Assembly (NCBI GenBank): GCA_964057225.1
Contig: OZ059899.1
Location: 14,632,001-14,696,000, forward strand
Direction: 5' to 3'
Origin: Auanema rhodensis
Lineage: Eukaryota; Animalia; Nematoda
Length of the DNA stretch: 64,000 bases
Within the stretch, counting starts at the first letter, position 1. Every line of letters begins with the position of its first letter. The notes below the pieces were generated by a model that saw only the letters and a list, made by a program, of their open reading frames with translations, was not told where the DNA came from and did not search any database. Positions 31,972 through 44,277 of the stretch are shown in pieces. Position numbers and translations under genes: made by a program.

Positions 31972-32627
31972 CAGTGCTGTGCAGTGAAGGTTGCACACCC
32001 CAGAAAACCCCTTCAAACTACAAAAAAAATTTGTTTTGATTATATTGTTTATATTCAGTGAAAATGTATGTTAATATAATGAAAACTGATTTTAATATTA
32101 TTTTCTAAATTTATAAGGAAAAACAGTGTTTTTTGACTATTTTGAATAATCCCTTTTGATTCAACAAAATTTGAGATTATAAACTATATGAACTCGCAAA
32201 ATTTTTGAAATTAAAAAAAAATTTTGGGGCTGGTATCGTTTCAGACCCCCCGGATTTGGGATAGAGCACTCCCGCTGGTTTATGCAAAGCTAGTGCGTGC
32301 CCAAAATGTTATCTTAGATCATGCGTTATTTACTCGAAAATACAGTCTCATTTCTGCGAGTTTAATACTTTTAAATTTTGTTGAAGCTTTCTCTATCTGG
32401 GGGGGATACCCCCCCAGACCCCCCGGATCTGGGATAGAGCACTCCCGCTAGTTTATGCAAAACTGGTGCGTGCCAAAAATGTTATAAGCGCGCTCTAATG
32501 TTAACTCTCTCATTATTAGGGGGGGGGTGGGCGAAACAATACCAGCGCCAAAATTTTTTTTTGTAGTTTGAAGGGGTTTTCTGGGGCCTCTAACATTGGG
32601 GTGTCCTAACTATTTCGCACAGGACTG
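31972..32627. mobile_element. Non-autonomous Tc1/mariner-type element (MITE), copy 2, inverted relative to copy 1
   Basis: TA|cagtgctgtgc...ccccagaaaaccccttcaaactacaaaaaaaa on the left and ttttttttgtagtttgaaggggttttctgggg...tatttcgcacaggactg|TA on the right. There is an internal ~70-bp direct repeat (about 32242-32312 and 32415-32485). Confidence 0.85.
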
Positions 32628-32685
32628 TAATTATGCTTATAATAATTCTTAAAATTTACTAAAAAAATGTCTGTTTAGGTTGAGG

Positions 32686-33456
32686 ATGCATCTTGAGACT
32701 GTGAAGAATCTTGAAAAGGCCCTTTTCACGACGACGAAAGCAGATGCTGTCGTGCATTCATGCGTTGTGGCCTTCGACAAGAAACGCGCAGTGTCCTTTC
32801 GACATGGCCCGCACTCGAAGTTCAAGAAAAAAGAAAAAGTCGATTTGTACAATGTGTTCGATCCGGAAATTCAACTCGAGGTTTTCTTTCCCAATTTTTT
32901 GAAATAGCTTTCTTTTTAGGCCGTTGTGCGATCAATTTCTGAGGTTTATGACGTGATTGTTTTCGAACTGCTCTCTGGAGAATTTTCGAATTATCCATAT
33001 GCGTCTGATGTCATGTACCGCGGCCAAGACTATAAACAATTGGGTATCAATCCACTACGGGACCCGATTTGGAAAGCCGGAATAATTTCGGAAAGTCACG
33101 GTATGTCTAATTTCTTAACTTTACAGATATCTACTGTTTGATTTAGTTGGGTTCTTCATTGGAAGTTCCCATGAAACATCTGGTGATTCCGGCTCAGGGA
33201 TTTTCGACCTGTCTGGCCGCTTTCTCGGAATTTCAATTGCCAAGAAAAACTTCATCTTTGCTGATCGTGGAAACGTACCAATTGGAGAAGCCGCTGATCA
33301 TCATCCAGACACGACAATTATTGACCGCAACGCTATCTTTGCAATTTCGGATATTGTTGGTCCAGATGTAAGTTGATTTAGTTAAAAATTGGTTTAATTG
33401 TTACGTTTCAGCCGTTTGAGCCGCCCGAAAAGAAGCACATGGACGACATGAGTTGA
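32686..33456 (+). CDS. Trypsin/chymotrypsin-fold (PA clan, Trypsin_2-like) serine protease, 4 exons, 213 aa from the first ATG, no signal peptide
   Basis: Exons 32686-32880, 32920-33100, 33147-33367 and 33412-33456 are separated by GT-AG introns of 39, 46 and 44 nt and splice into one open frame. The triad is in the correct order and context: AVSFRH40G, YD76VIVFEL and TSGDS140GSGIFDLSGRFLGI. AATAAA lies at 33500. An acceptor tttag at 32674-32678 means either trans-splicing or a further upstream exon. Confidence 0.85.
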
Positions 33457-33950
33457 CTCCGAAGATCTCTATTACTGTGAACTGTTCTCTTGTAAGCCAA
33501 ATAAACTTTTATTGCTGAATATTGTAACGATTTTATAAATGTCTGGCATGCAAACATCTCGGAAATTGTTGCTTTTTAACTCAGGCTACGAGGCTTAAGA
33601 GGTCAATGTTGGTTAGCGCTTTCAGATCTTTTTTAAGAGTTTTAATTTAATAAGATGTTTTTTTATTTAAATTCTGCTTGCTAAAAATTTGTGATAATTA
33701 AAGATTTTTCGTTTGTTAGAGCGTCAAAATCATTGATAAGAGGTCAAAAAAACGCTAAAAACAGCGAAAAATGAAAAGTACCCTGTTTGGGATGGTTGGC
33801 GCGCCAGACTTTTAGTATCGAATTTCACCCAAATTGAAAAACTCTTGAAATCATACTTAAATTATTAAAACTTATCACTTTTTGTTGAAAAACACCATTT
33901 TCTAAAAAAGGGCGAAAGGGTGCTCCAGTGTGACCCTATTATATACTGCT

Positions 33951-36900
33951 ACAAGAAAAGTTCAGGCTGTAGTCACGTTCTGTTCCCTGAATGTTCGCTT
34001 TTCTCAAAATTCATCAACTAAAATCAAACCAAAATAGTTTGAGGTTGGGTATTCAGATGTGTAGAATCTGAATTTTCTGGTGAGATTTGGCTAGGTATTC
34101 TGATTTTTCCGGAAAAGGTGTTTATACAGACTGCATCCACAAGATTTGTTCACAAAAAAGTTCAGGCTGTAGTCACGTTGTGTCCGGTGAATGTTCGATT
34201 TTCTCAAAATTTATCTACAAAATTCAAATAAAAATAGTTTGACATTGGGTATTCAGATGTGTAGAATCTGATTTTCTTGGTGATATTGGGCTAGGACTTC
34301 TGATTTTTCCGGAAAAAGGGTTTATACCGAGACCATACACAAGATTTGTTCACAAAAAAGTTCAGGCTGTAGTCACGTTGTGCCTGGTGAATGATCGCTT
34401 TTCTCAAAATTTATCTACAAAATTCAAATAAAAATAATTTGACATTGGGTATTCAGATGTGTAGAATCTGATTTTCTTGGTGATATTGGGCTAGGACTTC
34501 TGATTTTTCCGGAAAAAGGGTTTATACAGACTCCATCCACAAGATTTGTTCACAAAAAAGTTCAGGCTGTAGTCACGTTGTGTTCCCTGAATGTTCGCTT
34601 TTCTCAAAATTCATCAACTAAATTCAAATAAAAATAGTTTGAGGTTGGGTATTCAGATCTTTAGGATCTGATTATCTTGGTGAGATTGGACTAGGACTTC
34701 TGATTTTTCCGGAAAAAGGGTTTATACAGACTCCATCCACAAGATTTGTTCACAAAAAAGTTCAGGCTGTAGTCACGTTGTGTTCCCTGAATGTTCGCTT
34801 TTCTCAAAATTCATCAACTAAATTCAAACCAAAATAGTTTGGCGTTGGGTATTCAGATCTTTAGAATCTGATTATCTTGGTGAGATTGGGCTAGGTCTTC
34901 TGATTTTTCCGGAAAAGGTGTTTATACAGACTCCATCCACAAGATTTGTTCACAAAAAAGTTCAGGCTGTAGTCACGTTGTGTTCCCTGAATGTTCGCTT
35001 TTCTCAAAATTCATCAACTAAATTCAAACCAAAATAGTTTGGCGTTGGGTATTCAGATCTTTAGAATCTGATTATCTTGGTGAGATTGGACTAGGTCTTC
35101 TGATTTTTCCGGAAAAGGTGTTTATACAGACTCCATCCACAAGATTTGTTCACAAAAAAGTTCAGGCTGTAGTCACGTTGTGTTCCCTGAATGTTCGCTT
35201 TTCTCAAAATTCATCCACAAAATTCAAACCAAAATAGTTTGGCGTTGGGTATTCAGATTTTTAGAATCTGATTATCTTGGTGAGATTTGGCTAGGTCTTC
35301 TGATTTTTCCGGAAAAGGTGTTTATACAGACTCCATCCACAAGATTTGTTCACAAAAAAGTTCAGGCTGTAGTCACGTTGTGTTCCCTGAATGTTCGCTT
35401 TTCTCAAAATTCATCAACTAAAATCAAACCAAAATAGTTTGAGGTTGGGTATTCAGATGTGTAGAATCTGAATTTTCTGGTGAGATTTGGCTAGGTCTTC
35501 TGATTTTTCCGGAAAAGGTGTTTATACAGACTCCATCCACAAGATTTGTTCACAAAAAAGTTCAGGCTGTAGTCACGTTGTGTTCCCTGAATGTTCGCTT
35601 TTCTCAAAATTCATCAACTAAAATCAAACCAAAATAGTTTGAGGTTGGGTATTCAGATGTGTAGAATCTGAATTTTCTGGTGAGATTTGGCTAGGTCTTC
35701 TGATTCTTCCGGAAAAGGTGTTTATACAGACTCCATCCACAAGATTTGTTCACAAAAAAGTTCAGGCTGTAGTCACGTTGTGTTCCCTGAATGTTCGCTT
35801 TTCTCAAAATTCATCAACTAAAATCAAACCAAAATAGTTTGAGGTTGGGTATTCAGATGTGTAGAATCTGAATTTTCTGGTGAGATTTGGCTAGGTCTTC
35901 TGATTCTTCCGGAAAAGGTGTTTATACAGACTCCATCCACAAGATTTGTTCACAAAAAAGTTCAGGCTGTAGTCACGTTGTGTTCCCTGAATGTTCGCTT
36001 TTCTCAAAATTCATCCACAAAATTCAAACCAAAATAGTTTGAGGTTGGGTATTCAGATGTGTAGAATCTGAATTTTCTGGTGAGATTTGGCTAGGTATTC
36101 TGATTTTTCCGGAAAAGGTGTTTATACAGACTGCATCCACAAGATTTGTTCACAAAAAAGTTCAGGCTGTAGTCACGTTGTGTCCGGTGAATGTTCGATT
36201 TTCTCAAAATTTATCTACAAAATTCAAATAAAAATAGTTTGACATTGGGTATTCAGATGTGTAGAATCTGATTTTCTTGGTGATATTGGGCTAGGACTTC
36301 TGATTTTTCCGGAAAAAGGGTTTATACCGAGACCATACACAAGATTTGTTCACAAAAAAGTTCAGGCTGTAGTCACGTTGTGCCTGGTGAATGATCGCTT
36401 TTCTCAAAATTTATCTACAAAATTCAAATAAAAATAATTTGACATTGGGTATTCAGATGTGTAGAATCTGATTTTCTTGGTGATATTGGGCTAGGACTTC
36501 TGATTTTTCCGGAAAAAGGGTTTATACAGACTCCATCCACAAGATTTGTTCACAAAAAAGTTCAGGCTGTAGTCACGTTGTGTTCCCTGAATGTTCGCTT
36601 TTCTCAAAATTCATCAACTAAATTCAAATAAAAATAGTTTGAGGTTGGGTATTCAGATCTTTAGGATCTGATTATCTTGGTGAGATTGGACTAGGACTTC
36701 TGATTTTTCCGGAAAAAGGGTTTATACAGACACCATCCACAAGATTTGTTCACAAAAAAGTTCAGGCTGTAGTCACGTTGTGTTCCCTGAATGTTCGCTT
36801 TTCTCAAAATTCATCAACTAAATTCAAACCAAAATAGTTTGGCGTTGGGTATTCAGATCTTTAGAATCTGATTATCTTGGTGAGATTGGGCTAGGTCTTC

Positions 36901-39900
36901 TGATTTTTCCGGAAAAGGTGTTTATACAGACTCCATCCACAAGATTTGTTCACAAAAAAGTTCAGGCTGTAGTCACGTTGTGTTCCCTGAATGTTCGCTT
37001 TTCTCAAAATTCATCCACAAAATTCAAACCAAAATAGTTTGGCGTTGGGTATTCAGATTTTTAGAATCTGATTATCTTGGTGAGATTTGGCTAGGTCTTC
37101 TGATTTTTCCGGAAAAGGTGTTTATACAGACTCCATCCACAAGATTTGTTCACAAAAAAGTTCAGGCTGTAGTCACGTTGTGTTCCCTGAATGTTCGCTT
37201 TTCTCTAAATTCATGAACTAAAATCAAACAAAAATAGTTTGAGGTTGGGTATTCAGATGTGTAGAATCTGAATTTTCTGGTGAGATTTGGCTAGGTCTTC
37301 TGATTTTTCCGGAAAAGGTGTTTATACAGACTCCATCCACAAGATTTGTTCACAAAAAAGTTCAGGCTGTAGTCACGTTGTGTTCCCTGAATGTTCGCTT
37401 TTCTCTAAATTCATGAACTAAAATCAAACAAAAATAGTTTGAGGTTGGGTATCCAGATGTGTAGAATCTGAATTTTCTGGTGAGATTTGGCTAGGTCTTC
37501 TGATTTTTCCGGAAAAAGGGTTTATACAGACTCCATCCACAAGATTTGTTCACAAAAAAGTTCAGGCTGTAGTCACGTTGTGTTCCCTGAATGTTCGCTT
37601 TTCTCAAAATTCATGAACTAAAATCAAACAAAAATAGTTTGAGGTTGGGTATTCAGATCTTTAGAATCTGATTATCTTGGTGAGATTGGACTAGGTCTTC
37701 TGATTTTTCCGGAAAAGGTGTTTATACAGACTCCATCCACAAGATTTGTTCACAAAAAAGTTCAGGCTGTAGTCACGTTGTGTTCCCTGAATGTTCGCTT
37801 TTCTCTAAATTCATGAACTAAAATCAAACAAAAATAGTTTGAGGTTGGGTATTCAGATCTTTAGAATCTGATTATCTTGGTGAGATTGGACTAGGTCTTC
37901 TGATTTTTCCGGAAAAGGTGTTTATACAGACTCCATCCACAAGATTTGTTCACAAAAAAGTTCAGGCTGTAGTCACGTTGTGTTCCCTGAATGTTCGCTT
38001 TTCTCTAAATTCATGAACTAAAATCAAACCAAAATAGTTTGAGGTTGGGTATTCAGATGTGTAGAATCTTAATTTTCTGGTGAGATTTGGCTAGGTCTTC
38101 TGATTTTTCCGGAAAAAGGGTTTATACAGACTCCATCCACAAGATTTGTTCACAAAAAAGTTCAGGCTGTAGTCACGTTGTGTTCCCTGAATGTTCGCTT
38201 TTCTCAAAATTCATGAACTAAAATCAAACAAAAATAGTTTGAGGTTGGGTATTCAGATCTTTAGAATCTGATTATCTTGGTGAGATTGGACTAGGTCTTC
38301 TGATTTTTCCGGAAAAGGTGTTTATACAGACTCCATCCACAAGATTTGTTCACAAAAAAGTTCAGGCTGTAGTCACGTTGTGTTCCCTGAATGTTCGCTT
38401 TTCTCTAAATTCATGAACTAAAATCAAACAAAAATAGTTTGAGGTTGGGTATTCAGATCTTTAGAATCTGATTATCTTGGTGAGATTGGACTAGGTCTTC
38501 TGATTTTTCCGGAAAAGGTGTTTATACAGACTCCATCCACAAGATTTGTTCACAAAAAAGTTCAGGCTGTAGTCACGTTGTGTTCCCTGAATGTTCGCTT
38601 TTCTCTAAATTCATGAACTAAAATCAAACAAAAATAGTTTGAGGTTGGGTATTCAGATGTGTAGAATCTGAATTTTCTGGTGAGATTTGGCTAGGTCTTC
38701 TGATTTTTCCGGAAAAAGGGTTTATACAGACTCCATCCACAAGATTTGTTCACAAAAAAGTTCAGGCTGTAGTCACGTTGTGTTCCCTGAATGTTCGCTT
38801 TTCTCAAAATTCATCAACTAAAATCAAACCAAAATAGTTTGAGGTTGGGTATTCAGATGTGTAGAATCTGAATTTTCTGGTGAGATTTGGCTAGGTCTCC
38901 TGATTCTTCCGGAAAAGGTGTTTATACAGACTCCATCCACAAGATTTGTTCACAAAAAAGTTCAGGCTGTAGTCACGTTGTGTTCCCTGAATGTTCGCTT
39001 TTCTCAAAATTCATCAACTAAAATCAAACCAAAATAGTTTGGCGTTGGGTATTTAGATCTTTAGAATCTGATTATCTTGGTGAGATTTGGCTAGGTCTTC
39101 TGATTTTTCTGGAAAAGGTGTTTATACAGACTCCATCCACAAGATTTGTTCACAAAAAAGTTCAGGCTGTAGTCACGTTGTGCCTGGTGAATGATCGCTT
39201 TTCTCAAAATTCATCAACTAAATTCAAATAAAAATAGTTTGAGGTTGGGTATTCAGATCTTTAGAATCTGATTATCTTGGTGAGATTGGGCTAGGTCTTC
39301 TGATTTTTCCGGAAAAGGTGTTTATACAGACTCCATCCACAAGATTTGTTCACAAAAAAGTTCAGGCTGTAGTCACGTTGTGTTCCCTGAATGTTCGCTT
39401 TTCTCAAAATTCATCAACTAAAATCAAACCAAAATAGTTTGAGGTTGGTTATTCAGATGTGTAGAATCTGATTTTCTTGGTGAGATTGGGCTAGGTCTTC
39501 TGATTTTTCCGGAAAAGGTGTTTATACAGACTCCATCCACAAGATTTGTTCACAAAAAAGTTCAGGCTGTAGTCACGTTGTGTTCCCTGAATGTTCGCTT
39601 TTCTCAAAATTTATCTACAAAATTCAAACAAAAATAGTTTGAGGTTGGGTATTCAGATGTGTAGAATCTGATTTTCTTGGTGAGATTGGGCTAGGTCTTC
39701 TGATTTTTCCGGAAAAGGTGTTTATACAGACTCCATCCACAAGATTTGTTCACAAAAAAGTTCAGGCTGTAGTCACGTTGTGTTCCCTGAATGTTCGCTT
39801 TTCTCAAAATTTATCTACAAAATTCAAACAAAAATAGTTTGAGGTTGGGTATTCAGATGAGTAGAATCTGAATTTTCTGGTGAGATTTGGCTAGGTATTC

Positions 39901-42900
39901 TGATTTTTCCGGAAAAGGTGTTTATACAGACTCCATCCACAAGATTTGTTCACAAAAAAGTTCAGGCTGTAGTCACGTTGTGTTCCCTGAATGTTCGCTT
40001 TTCTCAAAATTCATCAACTAAAATCAAACTAAAATAGTTTGAGGTTGGGTATTCAGATGTGTAGAATCTGAATTTTCTGGTGAGATTTGGCTAGGTATTC
40101 TGATTTTTCCGGAAAAGGTGTTTATACAGACTCCATCCACAAGATTTGTTCACAAAAAAGTTCAGGCTGTAGTCACGTTGTGTCCGGTGAATGTTCGATT
40201 TTCTCAAAACTCATCAACTAAAATCAAACCAAAATAGTTTGAGGTTGGGTATTCAGATGTGTAGAATCTGAATTTTCTGGTGAGATTTGGCTAGGTCTTC
40301 TGATTTTTCCGGAAAAGGTGTTTATACAGACTCCATCCACAAGATTTGTTCACAAAAAAGTTCAGGCTGTAGTCACGTTGTGTTCCCTGAATGTTCGCTT
40401 TTCTCAAAATTCATGAACTAAAATCAAACCAAAATAGTTTGAGGTTGGGTATTCAGATGTGTAGAATCTGAATTTTCTGGTGAGATTTGGCTAGGTCTTC
40501 TGATTTTTCCGGAAAAGGTGTTTATACAGACTCCATCCACAAGATTTGTTCACAAAAAAGTTCAGGCTGTAGTCACGTTGTGTTCCCTGAATGTTCGCTT
40601 TTCTCAAAATTCATCAACTAAAATCAAACCAAAATAGTTTGAGGTTGGGTATTCAGATGTGTAGAATCTGAATTTTCTGGTGAGATTTGGCTAGGTCTTC
40701 TGATTTCTCCGGAAAAGGTGTTTATACAGACTCCATCCACAAGATTTGTTCACAAAAAAGTTCAGGCTGTAGTCACGTTGTGTTCCCTGAATGTTCGCTT
40801 TTCTCAAAATTTATCTACAAAATTCAAACAAAAATAGTTTGAGGTTGGGTATTCAGATGTGTAGAATCTGAATTTTCTGGTGAGATTTGGCTAGGTCTTC
40901 TGATTTCTCCGGAAAAGGTGTTTATACAGACTCCATCCACAAGATTTGTTCACAAAAAAGTTCAGGCTGTAGTCACGTTGTGTTCCCTGAATGTTCGCTT
41001 TTCTCAAAATTCATGAACTAAAATCAAACCAAAATAGTTTGAGGTTGGGTATTCAGATGTGTAGAATCTGAATTTTCTGGTGAGATTTGGCTAGGTCTTC
41101 TGATTTCTCCGGAAAAGGTGTTTATACAGACTCCATCCACAAGATTTGTTCACAAAAAAGTTCAGGCTGTAGTCACGTTGTGTTCCCTGAATGTTCGCTT
41201 TTCTCAAAATTTATCTACAAAATTCAAACAAAAATAGTTTGAGGTTGGGTATTCAGATGTGTAGAATCTGAATTTTCTGGTGAGATTTGGCTAGGTCTTC
41301 TGATTTCTCCGGAAAAGGTGTTTATACAGACTCCATCCACAAGATTTGTTCACAAAAAAGTTCAGGCTGTAGTCACGTTGTGTTCCCTGAATGTTCGCTT
41401 TTCTCAAAATTCATCAACTAAAATCAAACCAAAATAGTTTGAGGTTGGGTATTCAGATCTTTAGAATCTGAATTTTCTGGTGAGATTTGGCTAGGTCTTC
41501 TGATTTCTCCGGAAAAGGTGTTTATACAGACTCCATCCACAAGATTTGTTCACAAAAAAGTTCAGGCTGTAGTCACGTTGTGTTCCCTGAATGTTCGCTT
41601 TTCTCAAAATTCATGAACTAAAATCAAACCAAAATAGTTTGAGGTTGGGTATTCAGATCTTTAGAATCTGAATTTTCTGGTGAGATTTGGCTAGGTATTC
41701 TGATTTCTCCGGAAAAGGTGTTTATACAGACTCCATCCACAAGATTTGTTCACAAAAAAGTTCAGGCTGTAGTCACGTTGTGTTCCCTGAATGTTCGCTT
41801 TTCTCAAAATTCATGAACTAAAATCAAACCAAAATAGTTTGAGGTTGGGTATTCAGATGTGTAGAATCTGAATTTTCTGGTGAGATTTGGCTAGGTCTTC
41901 TGATTTCTCCGGAAAAGGTGTTTATACAGACTCCATCCACAAGATTTGTTCACAAAAAAGTTCAGGCTGTAGTCACGTTGTGTTCCCTGAATGTTCGCTT
42001 TTCTCAAAATTCATCAACTAAAATCAAACAAAAATAGTTTGAGGTTGGGTATTCAGATGTGTAGAATCTGAATTTTCTGGTGAGATTTGGCTAGGTCTTC
42101 TGATTTCTCCGGAAAAGGTGTTTATACAGACTCCATCCACAAGATTTGTTCACAAAAAAGTTCAGGCTGTAGTCACGTTGTGTTCCCTGAATGTTCGCTT
42201 TTCTCAAAATTCATCAACTAAAATCAAACAAAAATAGTTTGAGGTTGGGTATTCAGATGTGTAGAATCTGAATTTTCTGGTGAGATTTGGCTAGGTCTTC
42301 TGATTTCTCCGGAAAAGGTGTTTATACAGACTCCATCCACAAGATTTGTTCACAAAAAAGTTCAGGCTGTAGGCACGTTGTGTTCCCTGAATGTTCGCTT
42401 TTCTCAAAATTTATCTACAAAATTCAAACAAAAATAGTTTGGCGTTGGGTATTCAGATCTTTAGAATCTGAATTTTCTGGTGAGATTTGGCTAGGTCTTC
42501 TGATTCTTCCGGAAAAGGTGTTTATACAGACTCCATCCACAAGATTTGTTCACAAAAAAGTTCAGGCTGTAGTCACGTTGTGTTCCCTGAATGTTCGCTT
42601 TTCTCAAAATTCATCAACTAAAATCAAATAAAAATAGTTTGGGGTTGGGTATTCAGATGTGTAGAATCTGAATTTTCTGGTGAGATTTGGCTAGGTCTTC
42701 TGATTTCTCCGGAAAAGGTGTTTATACAGACTCCATCCACAAGATTTGTTCACAAAAAAGTTCAGGCTGTAGTCACGTTGTGTTCCCTGAATGTTCGCTT
42801 TTCTCAAAATTTATCTACAAAATTCAAACAAAAATAGTTTGGCGTTGGGTATTCAGATCTTTAGAATCTGATTATCTTGGTGAGATTGGGCTAGGTCTTC

Positions 42901-44277
42901 TGATTTTTCCGGAAAAGGTGTTTATACAGACTCCATCCACAAGATTTGTTCACAAAAAAGTTCAGGCTGTAGTCACGTTGTGTTCCCTGAATGTTCGCTT
43001 TTCTCAAAATTCATCAACTAAAATCAAACAAAAATAGTTTGGCGTTGGGTATTCAGATCTTTAGAATCTGAATTTTCTGGTGAGATTTGGCTAGGTCTTC
43101 TGATTTTTCCGGAAAAGGTGTTTATACAGACTCCATCCACAAGATTTGTTCACAAAAAAGTTCAGGCTGTAGGCACGTTGTGTTCCCTGAATGTTCGCTT
43201 TTCTCAAAATTTATCTACAAAATTCAAACAAAAATAGTTTGGCGTTGGGTATTCAGATCTTTAGAATCTGAATTTTCTGGTGAGATTTGGCTAGGTCTTC
43301 TGATTCTTCCGGAAAAGGTGTTTATACAGACTCCATCCACAAGATTTGTTCACAAAAAAGTTCAGGCTGTAGTCACGTTGTGTTCCCTGAATGTTCGCTT
43401 TTCTCAAAATTCATCAACTAAAATCAAATAAAAATAGTTTGGGGTTGGGTATTCAGATGTGTAGAATCTGAATTTTCTGGTGAGATTTGGCTAGGTCTTC
43501 TGATTTCTCCGGAAAAGGTGTTTATACAGACTCCATCCACAAGATTTGTTCACAAAAAAGTTCAGGCTGTAGTCACGTTGTGTTCCCTGAATGTTCGCTT
43601 TTCTCAAAATTTATCTACAAAATTCAAACAAAAATAGTTTGGCGTTGGGTATTCAGATCTTTAGAATCTGATTATCTTGGTGAGATTGGGCTAGGTCTTC
43701 TGATTTTTCCGGAAAAGGTGTTTATACAGACTCCATCCACAAGATTTGTTCACAAAAAAGTTCAGGCTGTAGTCACGTTGTGTTCCCTGAATGTTCGCTT
43801 TTCTCAAAATTCATCAACTAAAATCAAACCAAAATAGTTTGAGGTTGGGTATTCAGATGTGTAGAATCTGAATTTTCTGGTGAGATTTGGCTAGGTCTTC
43901 TGATTTTTCTGGAAAAGGTGTTTATACAGACTCCATCCACAAGATTTGTTCACAAAAAAGTTCAGGCTGTAGTCACGTTGTGTTCCCTGAATGTTCGCTT
44001 TTCTCAAAATTCATCCACAAAATTCAAACCAAAATAGTTTGCGGTTGGGTATTCAGATGTGTAGAATCTGAATTTTCTGGTGAGATTTGGCTAGGTCTTC
44101 TGATTTTTCTGGAAAAGGTGTTTATACAGACTCCATCCACAAGATTTGTTCACAAAAAAGTTCAGGCTGTAGTCACGTTGTGTTCCCTGAATGTTCGCTT
44201 TTCTCAAAATTCATCAACTAAAATCAAATAAAAATAGTTTGGGGTTGGGTATTCAGATGTGTAGAATCTGAATTTTC
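33951..44277 (+). repeat. Tandem satellite array, exact 200-bp monomer, about 51.6 copies
   Basis: ttcaggctgtag recurs at 33961, 34161 and so on to 44161 with an unbroken 200-bp period; only substitutions are seen. The monomer contains the palindrome TTTTCCGGAAAA and the inverted repeat ATTCAGAT-N7-ATCTGAAT. Confidence 0.99.

Noticed and set aside
33900-33950. gggtgctccagtgtgaccctattatatactg as a transposon terminus for the 6.9-kb block
   Set aside because: It looks TIR-like, but I found no matching inverted copy in the window.
33951-44277. CRISPR-like or coding interpretation of the 200-bp array (ORFs such as MARSSDFSGKG... and MFPECSLFSK...)
   Set aside because: There are no unique spacers and the context is eukaryotic. 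The ORFs start at TTG/GTG and appear or vanish with single substitutions in monomers, so they are by-products of the satellite.
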